NCBI RefSeq assembly: GCF_030144855.1
Contig: NC_082706.1
Coordinates: 127,162,001 to 127,226,000, forward strand
Length of the DNA: 64,000 nucleotides
DNA from: Hypanus sabinus
Taxonomy: Eukaryota
Reading direction: 5' to 3'
This document shows positions 1 to 10,149 of this stretch, in pieces (the stretch's first letter is position 1; each line of letters begins with the position of its first letter). The translations under genes and the position numbers were made by a program. A model generated the notes under the pieces. The model was not told the origin of the DNA, did not search any database, and worked only from the letters and a program-made list of their open reading frames with translations.

Positions 1-1
1 C

Positions 2-436
2 AGGCCAGTGCTGCTCTGGAAACATGCGAGGAGCAATAAATACTCCCCGCTGTTCGACAGGGTTCACCTACTACATGCGAACCCCCAGTATGCCTACGTG
101 GTCTTACCTCATGGGCAGGAGGACACGTTCTCCGTCTGCGACCTGGCGCCCACAGGAGCACCAGACCCCTACCCTGAACACTCCACAGTGACTATGAACC
201 CCGTACCCACTGATGTATATACCCACGAGACACCGCACACAGCAAGCTCTACTGAGACTCCTCATGACACTCCCATACCGGGCGCCATGCATACGCATGA
301 GGGGTTACTGATGCCTAATGGACTGGGCCCTCAAGTCAGGCCATAGCCAGCACAACCACCGTCACCGGTGCAATCACCACCGGTGCTACGTAGATCGCAG
401 CGACAGACTTGGCCGCCTGATAGACTTGACCTATAA
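2..436 (+). pseudogene. C-terminal part of Ty3/Gypsy LTR-retrotransposon pol (integrase C-terminus); 5' part lies outside the window
   Basis: The frame reads RPVLLWKHARSNKYSPLFDRVHLLHANPQYAYVVLPHGQEDTFSVCDLAP, then a Pro/Thr-rich linker with an in-frame TAG at 344-346, then PVLRRSQRQTWPPDRLDL* (TAA 434-436). The LRRSxR..PP.RL ending is typical of Gypsy pol, and a PPT and LTR follow directly. Confidence 0.85.
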
Positions 437-478
437 ATATACTTGTAAGAAACTTTGCCCCGTGGGGACTCTCTTTTA

Positions 479-505
479 AAACAAAGGGGGGGGGGGGGTG
501 GTGAA
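479..505 (+). other. Polypurine tract of the LTR retrotransposon
   Basis: AAACAAA-G13-TGGTGAA lies between the pol stop and the TG that starts the LTR at 506. Confidence 0.8.
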
Positions 506-1810
506 TGTGGTAAACTATGTATACCTGTCTGGACACGCCCCTCTGCTGACTGTGGTAAACCATGTATACCTGTCTGGACACACCCCTCTGCTGACTGTGG
601 TAAACTATGTATACCTGTCTGGACACGCCCCTCTGCTGACTGTGGTAAGCTATGTATACCTGTCTGGACACACCCCTCTGCTGACTGTGGTAAACTATGT
701 ATACCTGTCTGGACACGCCCGTCTGCTGACTGTAGTGAACTACATATACGTGTCTGGGCACACCCCTCTGTTGACTGTGGTGAACTACATATACCTGTCT
801 GGACACACCCCTCTGCTGACTGTGGTAAACCATGTATACCTGTGTGGACACACCCCTCTACTGACTGAGGTAAACCATGTATACCTGTCTGGACACACCC
901 CTCTGCTGACTGTGGTAAACCATGTATACCTGTGTGGACACACCCCTCTACTGACTGAGGTAAACCATGTATACCTGTCTGGACACACCCCTCTGCTGAC
1001 TGTGGTAAACCATGTATACCTGTGTGGACACACCCCTCTGCTGACTGTGCTGAACTACATATACCTGTCTGGACACACCCCTCTGCTGACTGTGGTGAAC
1101 CATGTATACCTGTGTGGACACACCCCTCTGCTGACTGTGGTGAACCATGTATACATGTGTGGACACACCCCTCTGCTGACTGTGGTGAACCATGTATACC
1201 TGTGTGGACACACCCCTCTGCTGACTGTGGTGAACCATGTATACCTGTGTGGACACACCCCTCTGCTGACTGTGGTGAACCATGTATACCTGTGTGGACA
1301 CACCCCTCTGCTGACTGTGGTGAACTACATATACCTGTCTGGACACACCCCTCTGCTGACTGTGGTGAACCATGTATACCTGTGTGGACACACCCCTCTG
1401 CTGACTGTGGTAAACTATGTATACCTGTCTGGACACGCCCCTCTGCTGACTGTGGTAAACCATGTATACCTGTCTGGACACACCCCTCTGCTGACTGTGG
1501 TAAACTATGTATACCTGTCTGGACACGCCCCTCTGCTGACTGTGGTAAACCATGTATACCTGTCTGGACACGCCCCTCTGCTGACTGTGGTAAACCATGT
1601 ATACCTGTCTGGACACGCCCCTCTGCTGACTGTGGTAAACCATGTATACCTGTCTGGACACGCCCCTCTGCTGACTGTGGTAAACCATGTATACCTGTCT
1701 GGACACACCCCTCTGCTGACTGTGGTAAACCATGTATACCTGTCTGGACACGCCCCTCTGCTGACTGTGGTAAACCATGTATACCTGTCTGGACACGCCC
1801 CTCTGCTGAC
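506..1810 (+). repeat. 45-bp minisatellite, 29 copies
   Basis: Consensus TGTGGTAAACCATGTATACCTGTCTGGACAC(A/G)CCCCTCTGCTGAC. 1305 bp = 29 x 45, with substitutions only and no indels. Confidence 0.98.
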
Positions 1811-1840
1811 TGCTCTTGTGGCTCCTCCCACAGACCCCTG

Positions 1841-1847
1841 TATAAAA
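1841..1847 (+). promoter_or_regulatory. LTR TATA box
   Basis: TATAAAA 30 bp after the array and upstream of the polyA signal, the normal U3-R layout. Confidence 0.65.
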
Positions 1848-1901
1848 GCGATTGGGGCACTGCTCCTCCCTCAGGATGTTGTGTGGTGGTCTCTTGCTGC
1901 T

Positions 1902-1907
1902 AATAAA
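1902..1907 (+). terminator. LTR polyadenylation signal
   Basis: AATAAA 47 bp before the terminal CA. Confidence 0.65.
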
Positions 1908-1954
1908 AGCCTATGATTCACTTCCCATCTCAGAGAGTTATTGATGGTGCATCA

Positions 1955-2200
1955 GACATAAAGGTGCACTGTTTCATACCTGCTGATTACAGAGCTTAGC
2001 CTCTGCAGTGTCTGCCTAACGTTGGCCTGAGGTGGAAAGTACACCACTGCTAGCGTAATGGTGGAAAACTTCCTCGACAGGTAAAAAGGATGACATTTGA
2101 CTGCAAGGTGTTTCAGGTTGTGTGAGCAGGACAGACTGAGTTTGTGTACCACAATGAGTTAATTATAAAGCATACTCTGTCTCCTGCGCTTTTGTGGAAA
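1955..2200 (-). mobile_element. Rex1/Babar LINE AP-endonuclease fragment, interrupted by the LTR element
   Basis: Minus frame LKHLAVKCHPFYLSRKFSTITLAVVYFPPQAN matches the Rex1 APE motif (..KCRPFYLPREF...AVYIPPQAN). Confidence 0.8.
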
Positions 2201-2520
2201 AGAGAGGGTAATACTAAACAAATAAATGGCTTCTGGACCCAGAGCTCAGATTGCTGAAACTGCTGCTGATAATTTTAAAGTTATTTTTTTTTCCTTTAAC
2301 GTTGTAAGTGGCAGGACTGTCTCACCTATGAACTTTGCATGAAATCAAGGCCTTACGAAAACTTTGATTATTTGCTTTCCAATTGTCCAGAAGGGCTTGG
2401 CTCCCTGATCAGGCAAAGATACAGCTTGCTCTCAGACACTCACCCCAGCACGTGTTGACAAGGGGATTGGTTGTACATTTACTTTGTGAGCCTGAGGAGT
2501 TTGAATTCAACAAAAACTGA

Positions 2521-2701
2521 GCACACTTTTGGCAGGATAAATGGAGGAGAATCCTAAGGGCCTCTACATGTATATTAAGCACAAAAATACTGAGGAACAA
2601 ACTTGGTCCTCTTGAAGATCAGAGTGGTTATTTATTCACGGAGCTGAAAAAGATGGGAGATCTAAAATGCATTTTTTGCATTAGTATGGACACAGTCTGA
2701 A
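2521..2701 (+). mobile_element. Short CR1 ORF2 fragment, near copy of 5209-5391
   Basis: GGAGAATCCTAAG...GTCCTCTTGAAGATCAGA...GATGGGAGATCTAAAATG is shared with the start of the CR1 at 5209. Confidence 0.75.
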
Positions 2702-3184
2702 GACAAAATGAAGCAAGAGTTCTGGACTAGCTGGAGGTGGAAGGGATATGGAGCTGAGTCCCACCTCTTTTCTCTTTCTACCATTGTAGAGTATAGTTGG
2801 AGAGCCCTGGTGTCCTTATTCCTTGTTTTCACTTAATGTAAGTCATTTTTCTGATATGTTTTCATCAGTTAGTTTATGCATGCTGGAGGGCTGTCTGAGC
2901 AACTATCCAGAGTGAGAACTGTTCTAGGCAGCAAAATTGGCCCTCGGCTCTTGCACAATCATGTCCTGAAGTGCTCTGTGTTTTCAGATTCTGCCTGACT
3001 TACTGAGTTCCAGACGTTTTTTTGCTCTAGGTCACAGCATCTGAATCTCTAGTGTTTCTATCGACAGCCAAGCTGGTATAGCTAACTCAGCACAGATTTG
3101 AGATTGGTCCTCTTGTCCTCTTTTCTTTCATTTTTTTCCTTTCTTTTCTCAAGTTGGGATACAATGCAAGAGCAGTACTGAGTG

Positions 3185-3490
3185 TCAGCATGGAGTGGTG
3201 CAGTTAGTAAAACCATTGTCTTCTTTCTCAAGGAAGTGGACTCAATACTGTTCTCCAATGCTTACTCTGTAAAATTTACACAGTCTCTATGATCACCTGG
3301 ATTTCCTCCAGTTTCCACTCTTACCCTGAAGGTGTCTGGGTTTTTAGCTTAATTGGCTACAGTAAACTGCCTTTAGTGTGTTTGTCCATTGAATTGATAG
3401 GAATACGGGGAACTTAAATGGATCAGTGTGGGATTAGTGTGACTGAGTCAGTATTTGGGCCTTTTTCTACACTCTATGATTCTATGTCTC
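3185..3490 (+). mobile_element. Decayed HE1-like tRNA-derived V-SINE
   Basis: Has a degenerate tRNA-like head, a V-domain-like core (GGATTTCCTCCAGTTTCC...TTAATTGGCTACAGTAAACTGCC) and a CR1-like tail (GGGCCTTTTTCTACACTCTATGATTCTATG). Confidence 0.55.
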
Positions 3491-5134
3491 TCAGATGCTG
3501 TCTGGTTACTTTGGCTACACCAACTGCTGACACCTTGCGGGAGAACACCAAGGGGCAGCCAAACTATGACAGAGACAAGGCATGGAAGAGAGGCGGTTTG
3601 CTTTGGGTCACTTTTGGGTGAATAAGTGACAAGATGCTTCTGGACCTTGCCCAGATCTACAGCTTTCGGAAGCTGGGATCCATAGTCAGCTGTGACAACT
3701 GAGCCAACCTATTTACTGAGGACTGCAGATTGGGATTTGTACTGAGCAGACGCAGAAGGGCTAGGGTAAGTTGAGGAGGGAGAAGGCTGCATAGAGGTTT
3801 TGAGAAGATGAGGAGTAGGTAACTGGACCAAGCACAGATATCCCTGGGCAACAATAATATATAGAGCAAGAAGATTAGCTTCATCTTGTCTCACTTGAAC
3901 CAGATACTGAATTTTTATTTTCAAAAGCTGCTCTTGTATGTAGTATTATTGGTTAAAGCATTTGAATATATCAACACACCTACAAAAAAGTGCACTCAGA
4001 GCATGAGTAGGCCACTCAGCCCTTTAAAACTTTCCCTACTGTTCCTTAAGGTCATGGCTGATATGATTGTAACCACATCTCAGCATTTCTGCATTCCCAG
4101 CTAGCCGCAATAATCCTTGAAAGATTCAAAGTACCCCATACTACAGGCAGCAGACACCAGAATTGATTTTTTCCATCCAATACCACCTTGACATTTTCAC
4201 AACCTTTTGTGGATTAGTTTCTGATCTTCCTCCAAGCAGAGAGGAAACCGTCCACCCGTTATGTACAGCTTGGCCCTCGTGCATATAACCCTTATCGATG
4301 AGCTGGAAAGGGCAATCTTTTTCAGGGCTATAATCTCCTGGTGGTTTATAAAATCTGCTAATGCACATTGCTGGAGCAGATAAATTTCCTTTTTAAATTA
4401 CTGACATGTGCCTGCTCTAATTTATTTATGCATGAAGTTAGACATTTTTTGAATACAATTGTTTTACATAATCTAACTGTTTGTTTAATTCACTTCATGT
4501 TTATTGGAGTTGGAAAAGTTTCAAACTCATCTGTATTTGAATGCTGAAAAACAATTTACCATGGCAGCACTCTAAGACATGGCATGAGCAAGCTTTTAAC
4601 ATGATAAATTATGGCAAAGTTCACAGTTTGCCATGCACTTACCTTCACTTTGCCTTCACAGAGCATCAATAGATCATTTCTTCTGTGCTTTAGCTCAGTG
4701 CTGCTGCGAGCCATTAAGTTCTGCTCCCACTTGTTCACCGCATTTTCCCTCTTTTTAAACAATACTCCTTTTACTTGTCATAACCTCAAGCTGTGTTTCA
4801 TGATTTTGTTTCTCTACATGATGGATTTAGTAAATTCATCTTTAAGCATTGGCATTTTAAAACAATATGAATTCATCCAGGCCACAGGCAACAGAATTAT
4901 TCTTCAATGCTGGATGCATCTATTCATGGAATGATGTGGCATGAAGCTCCAGCCAATTAAAACAATGTACTTAATTCAAACCCGGTAAACCAGAAGGTCT
5001 TTCTTCATGAAACCACGGGAAGGACCTTTTTGAGATTCTCGCACCAAGAGAGGAAAGGTAGTCAGGATTATCTTAAAAAAGTTAAATATAACCTGCGGTA
5101 AAACATGAGCACTAACCAGGTTAGACAGCATCTG

Positions 5135-5208
5135 ACAAGATGCTGGAGGAACTCAGCAGGTCGGGCAACATCAATAGAGAGAAATGGACAGTAGAAGTTT
5201 TAGGTCAA
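5135..5208 (-). mobile_element. Penelope-derived short repeat, split by the CR1 insertion (resumes ~6901-6915)
   Basis: ATGCTGGGAGAACTCAGCAGGTCGGGCAACATC... matches the family seen at 15712, 58721 and 60449. CATCTGGACTGA after the CR1 tail continues the consensus. Confidence 0.6.
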
Positions 5209-6900
5209 TGCACTTTTGGCGCGATAAATGAAGGAGAATCCTAAGAGCTTCTGCATGTATATTAAGCTCAAAGATACTAAGGGACAAATTTTGTCCTCTT
5301 GAAGATCAGAATGGTTATTTATACACGGAGCCAAAAAAGATGGGAGATCTAAAATGATTTTTTTGCATCACTATGGACACAGTCTATAGAAGTGAGCCAA
5401 GACAGCAGTGAGGTCATGAACCATATAAAGATTACGGAGCAGGAGGTGTTTGCTGTCTTGATGCAAATTAGGGTGGATAAATCCCTCTGCCCTGTCAAAG
5501 CCTCTGATCTTGTGGAAGGCAAGTGGAGAAATTGCAGGGCCTTAGCAGAGATATTTAAAATGTCCTTAGCAATGGGTGAGGTGCTGGAGGACTGGTGAAC
5601 AGCTGATGTTCTGTTGTTTAAGAAAGTATCGGCCAGTGGGCCTGATGTCAGTAGTGGGTAAGATATTGGAAGGTATTGTAATCAGATGGATAGAAAAATA
5701 TTTGGATAGATGGGAACTGATTAGGAACAGCTTTGTATGTGGTAGGTCATATCTAACCAAACTTGTGTAGTTTTCAGGGAAGTTACCAGGAATGTTGATG
5801 AAGGCATGACAGTGGATTTTGTCTACGTGGACTTTCGCAAGTCCTTTGACAAGGTCCCACATGGGAGGCTGGTTGAAAGTTTGGTCATTTGGCATTCAGA
5901 ATCGGGTAGTAAATTGGATTAGACATTGGCTTCACTGAAGAAGCGAGAGAGTGCTAGGAGTTAGTTGCCTCTCTGACTAGAGGCCAGTGACTAGTGGAGT
6001 GCTGAAGGGGTTGGTGTTGGGTCCATCGTTGTTTGTCATCTATAGCAATGATTTGTAAACTGGATCAGCAAATTAGTGGATGACACCGAGACTGGAGGAG
6101 TAGTGGACTGTAAGGATGCAGACCAGTTGGAACAATGGAGTGAAAAATGGCAGCTGGAATTTAATGCAGAGAAGTGTGAGGGGTTGGCACTTCGGGATGA
6201 CAAACCAGGGTAGGTCTTGTTCAGTAGGGCACTGAGGAGTGCAGTAGAACAGAGGGATCTGGGATATTTGATCCATAATTCTTTCAAAGTGGCTTCACAG
6301 ATAAGGTTGTAAACAAAGCATTCACCTATGAATTCACCTTCATAGATAAGAATATTGAGTACAGGAGTTGGGATGTTGTATTGAAGTTGCACCAGACATT
6401 AATGAGGCTTAATCTAGAGTATTGTATGTCACTAAGATTGAAAGAGTCCAGAGAAATTTTACAAAGATGCTGGGAGTTATAGCGTCAGGTTGTATAGGTC
6501 AGTGCTTTATTCCATAGAGTGTAGGAGAATAAGAAAATATTTAATAGAGGTATAAAAAGTAATGAAGGGTAGAGATAGGGTAAATGCAAGCAGGCTTTTT
6601 CCACTGAGGTTGAGTGAAGAGTGTAACTGCAGGTCATGGGTTAAAGGAGAATAATGAAATTTTTAAGGGAGCATGAAGGAAACTTTCTTCATTCACAGGG
6701 TTATGAGAGTGGGAAAGCTGCCAACAAAAGTGGTTGATGTGAGTTTGACTTCAACATTTAAGAGAAATTTGGATAGGTACATGGACAGGAAAGCTATGGA
6801 GGGTTCTGGTCCGCATGCATGTTGATGGGATAAGGTATATGAATAGTTCTGCACAGAAGGCTGAAGGACCTGTTTCTGTGCTGCAATGCTCTGACTCTGA
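5209..6900 (+). mobile_element. 5'-truncated, decayed CR1 (HER1-like) LINE: RT and 3' UTR
   Basis: RT motifs YRPVGLMSVVGK, VYVDFRKSFDKVPH, SGVLKGLVLGP and KLVDDT are spread across frameshifts. The tail is GAAGGACCTGTTTCTGTGCTG..CTCTGACTCTGA. Confidence 0.9.
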
Positions 6901-7199
6901 CATCATCTGGACTGAATGATTCAAGTAATAATTTCACTTCTACCTCAAAAGCTTATCTTAAACACTCTCCTCAAGATTTAGCTAAAGGAACGCAGGCTGT
7001 GTACTGCGGCTTCCACTGACATACACAATGTTTGAGGTACCTGCACAATTTTGGCAGATTCCACAAAGCAAAACCAAATCATCTAATTTTAAACTGACAG
7101 TAAGCAGATAGAGTAGACAGCTCACTCTATCTTAACCATTGCTCTCCTCCTACTCAGCTCTTATTTCTACCAGCAGAGATGGGTAGAATTCTTCCCAAT

Positions 7200-7292
7200 G
7201 CTTGTTTTGAAGAATGGTCTTGGCCTGAAACATCTGTTTATTCTGCTCCGTAGATGGCTGTCTGACCTGTTGAGTTCCTCCAGCACATTGTA
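7200..7292 (+). mobile_element. Penelope-derived short repeat with degenerate hammerhead core
   Basis: TTGAAGAATGGTCTTGGCCTGAAACATC...GACCTGTTGAGTTCCTCCAGCA. Confidence 0.6.
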
Positions 7293-7378
7293 CAGTGACA
7301 TAAACACTGCATTGTAAACTCAATGACAGCCTTTGTTCTTGTGTTCTGAATCTGCAATAAAATCTGCATCATCATTTA

Positions 7379-7620
7379 AAAGTTCAAACTTCAAAGTAAA
7401 TTTTATTATCAAGGTACATATATGCCAACCTGAGATTCATTTTCTTGTAGGCATACTCAATAAATCTATAAAATAACCATAATAGAATCAATGGAAGACT
7501 GCCCAACTATGGTGTTCAACCAGAATGCAGAAGACATCAAACTCTGCAAGTACAAAAGGAAGAAAGAAAGAGCTTGATGTGTGGTAACTGTTCCTGAACC
7601 TGGTAGTGTGAGTTGAATAC
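7379..7620 (-). mobile_element. Rex1-type LINE 3' UTR fragment
   Basis: TTCAAAGTAAATTTATTATCAAGGTACATA...CTGAGATTCATTTTCTTG is the reverse complement of the tail that follows Rex1 RT at 30800-30883. Confidence 0.75.
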
Positions 7621-8071
7621 AGATCCCTGGGATTGATGACAGGTATTATCATGGGCTTTTAGGCCAGGCTGCCAGCAGTTACTTCAGTGGATCGAGAAAC
7701 ATCATCAGTTATGTTCATTGTGCTCCCATCACCATTTTAAGTCACCAAGGTTGTGCTACCAGCCAGGATTAACCCCAGTGTCATTAGTCCATGGATGAGA
7801 CTGGCAGTAGTTCTACCAGCAACCAAAATAAAATTTCTCTCTGTAGTTTAACATTTTTTTTCCTTTTGCAAAGATGCCCCTCATGTTAGGATGGAACTTG
7901 CCCATTAGAAAGGGGAAAAGAAAGCACATTTTCTTTTGCTCCAAAGGATTTTCCAACTAGTAGGTCAGACAGTGTACATGCAAATGCATGTGGAAATTGT
8001 TCCAACAGAAGGTAGAGCAGATATTAAAAATCATGGTGAGACACAGAGAAATGCTTGGACATGTTGCTGTC

Positions 8072-8348
8072 AGGTAGGAGGTACAGAAGCCCGAAGGCAC
8101 ACACTCAGTGATTCAGGAACAGCTTCTTCCCCTCTGCCATCCAATTCCTAAATGGACATTGAACTTATGAACACTACCTCACTTTTTTAATATTATTTTG
8201 TTTTTCACTAATTTTAATCTATATTTAATATACATATATAATTTATGTAGTTTTATTTTTTCTTTCTATATTATCATGTATTGCATTGAACTGCTGCTAA
8301 GGTAACAAATTTCACAACAAGTGCTGGTGATAATAAATCTGATTCTTA
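8072..8348 (+). mobile_element. Rex1-type LINE 3' end
   Basis: GAAGGCACACACTCAGTGATTCAGGAACAGCTTCTTCCCCTCTGCCATC (RNSFFPSAI), with tail AATAAATCTGATTC. Same subfamily as 12040-12338, 16604-16810 and 39538-39752. Confidence 0.8.
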
Positions 8349-8526
8349 TTTTTTCAGCTCTAATCTCACTGCTCTATTGGTGCATATATCATACATCACA
8401 CACACTATAATACATTTCTCTTTTCAATGATACTAATTCATGTAGAGTAATGGAGTCATGCAGACATATAACATAGAAACAGGGCTTTTTGTTTACTGAA
8501 TCTGCACTGACCATTAACCACCCACT

Positions 8527-9315
8527 TCAATAGGTTCTAATAGGTACATTTAATGTCAGAGAAATGTATACAATATACATCCTGAAATTCTTTTTCTTCA
8601 CAAACATCCATGAAAACAGGAGTGCCCCAAAGAATGAATGACAGTTAAATGTTAAAACCCCAAAACCACCACCAGCTCCCCCCTCAGCAGCAAAGTGACA
8701 ACCCCTTCCCCGACCAGCAAAAAAGCATCTGCACCCTCCACCAAGCACTCAAGCAAAGCATCAATAAAGGCACAGACTTGCAGTACCCTAAAGATTGTTC
8801 ACCCGGTATTCAACATACCACAGGCTCTCTCTCTCCCTAATAAGGGAAAAAGAGGTGTCACCTTTTCACAACGAGAGAGGAGACATGACAGAACAACTAG
8901 CCAATTTATGGTGTTAAAAGTCTGTTGGGTCGTTTTTTCCGAGCTCTGTGCCCAAAGAACTTGGATCTCCGGGCACACAGCCAGCAGCCAGCTTGCTGCT
9001 TTTGATCTTCCATGTACTCCTACGATACATCAGATGGCAGCGCTGACCTCGAATCTGCCCGCCTTCAGAGCCATGAAAATTCGGCACCCTGAAGGTGCAC
9101 TAGTCTTCCAGGCCGCGCCCTTGGCATATCAAAGAGTGGCCAGTTGTAAGGCCCTGAGAGTGGGTCCCATTTCCGCAAAGAACCAAAGTTCCTGTGTAAC
9201 TTTGGGTCAGGGTCTTCAAAAGAACCCTGAAATGGGGAAAAAGAGATACTAAAGATAGAAATAGAGCTGTTTCCAAAGAGGTAAGCAAGGGAGTCGCCAT
9301 TAGGCACCATCATCC
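8527..9315 (-). mobile_element. Non-autonomous, non-coding retroelement with Rex1-like ends
   Basis: The minus strand starts GATGGTGCC and ends in a Rex1-type tail (GAATTTCAGGATGTATATTGTATACATTTCTCTGACATTAAATGT) plus the short repeat ACCTATTAGA-ACCTATTGAA. There are no RT motifs inside. Confidence 0.55.
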
Positions 9316-9434
9316 TAAGCTCTGTACTATGTTGATCCCATTTTTTGTGTCCACTCACATCAACCATGTTCTATGTTCTAACACAAGGGCCAGTTTTATT
9401 ATCTGTGCCATTGTGCTACTCCAAAGAAACTGTA

Positions 9435-9955
9435 TAGAACAAAGAACAGGCTGCACAGTACAGTCCTTTGGCCCACAATATTGAGCTGACCTTTTAACTT
9501 ACTCCAAGATCAATTTAATGGTTCCATCCAGCGTAGTCCGACTTTTTCTTTCATCTGCCTATCTAAGAGTTCCTTAAATCTTCCTAAAATATTCCCCTCC
9601 ATCACCATCCCTGACAGCACATTCCATGCATCCCACCACTCTCTGTACAAAAAAATTCTATTTCTGGAATCCCCCTATACTTTCTTTCAATCACCTTAAA
9701 ATAATGTCCTCTCATTTCCGCCATCAGAAAATACATTGGCTCTTCACTCTGTCTATGCCTCTTAATATCTTGTACACATCTATCGTCACCTCTCATTTTC
9801 CTTTGATCTAAAGAGAAAAGCCTGACCTTGCTGAACCTTTCCTCATAAGTCCTGTACTTTAATCCAGGCAGCATCTTGGTATATTTCCTCTGCACCCTCT
9901 TTGAAGCTTCCACATCCTTCCCCTCATAAAGTGAGCAGCAATGAACACAATTCTC
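9435..9955 (-). mobile_element. CR1 LINE 3' portion
   Basis: Minus ORF KDVEASKRVQRKYTKMLPGLKYRTYEERFSKVRLFSLDQRKMRGD is the CR1 ORF2 C-terminus, followed by a CR1 tail. Confidence 0.85.
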
Positions 9956-10149
9956 AATTATTACCAGGGTCCACAAGAACATTTTGTGCGTTATCAGGTG
10001 AAGAGTGATTTGCTCTCCAAGCCTCACAATTACATTATTTATTGAGCTAAGCACATAGAATTGTACAGTTCAGGAACAGGCCCTATCAATCCACATCTGG
10101 TTGGATCATTGTACGAAGAAGTGGAAGAGAGTGAAAGTGGAGAAAGACT

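Larger units (their letters stand above)
506..1954 (+). mobile_element. 3' LTR of the Gypsy element, with U3 expanded by a tandem array
   Basis: Starts TG right after the PPT and ends ...GGTGCATCA at 1954. Contains TATAAAA (1841) and AATAAA (1902). Unrelated Rex1 sequence begins abruptly at 1955. Confidence 0.85.

Noticed and set aside
506-1810. CRISPR-like array
   Set aside because: The units are contiguous with no unique spacers, there are no cas genes, and the context is a eukaryotic LTR.
331-1916. Long ORFs (509, 472, 293, 282 aa) over the 45-bp array
   Set aside because: The unit length is a multiple of 3 and mostly stop-free, so several frames on both strands stay open. There is no evidence for a protein.
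3655-3765. Possible 111-bp exon (CCCAG| ... |GTAAGT)
   Set aside because: Stops occur in all three frames and the polypyrimidine tract is weak. A non-coding exon cannot be supported without RNA data.
4141-4368. 75-aa minus-strand ORF with protein-like composition
   Set aside because: No recognisable domain and no convincing splice sites.
8695-9252. 185-aa ORF
   Set aside because: It lies antisense within a non-coding repeat and has no recognisable domain.
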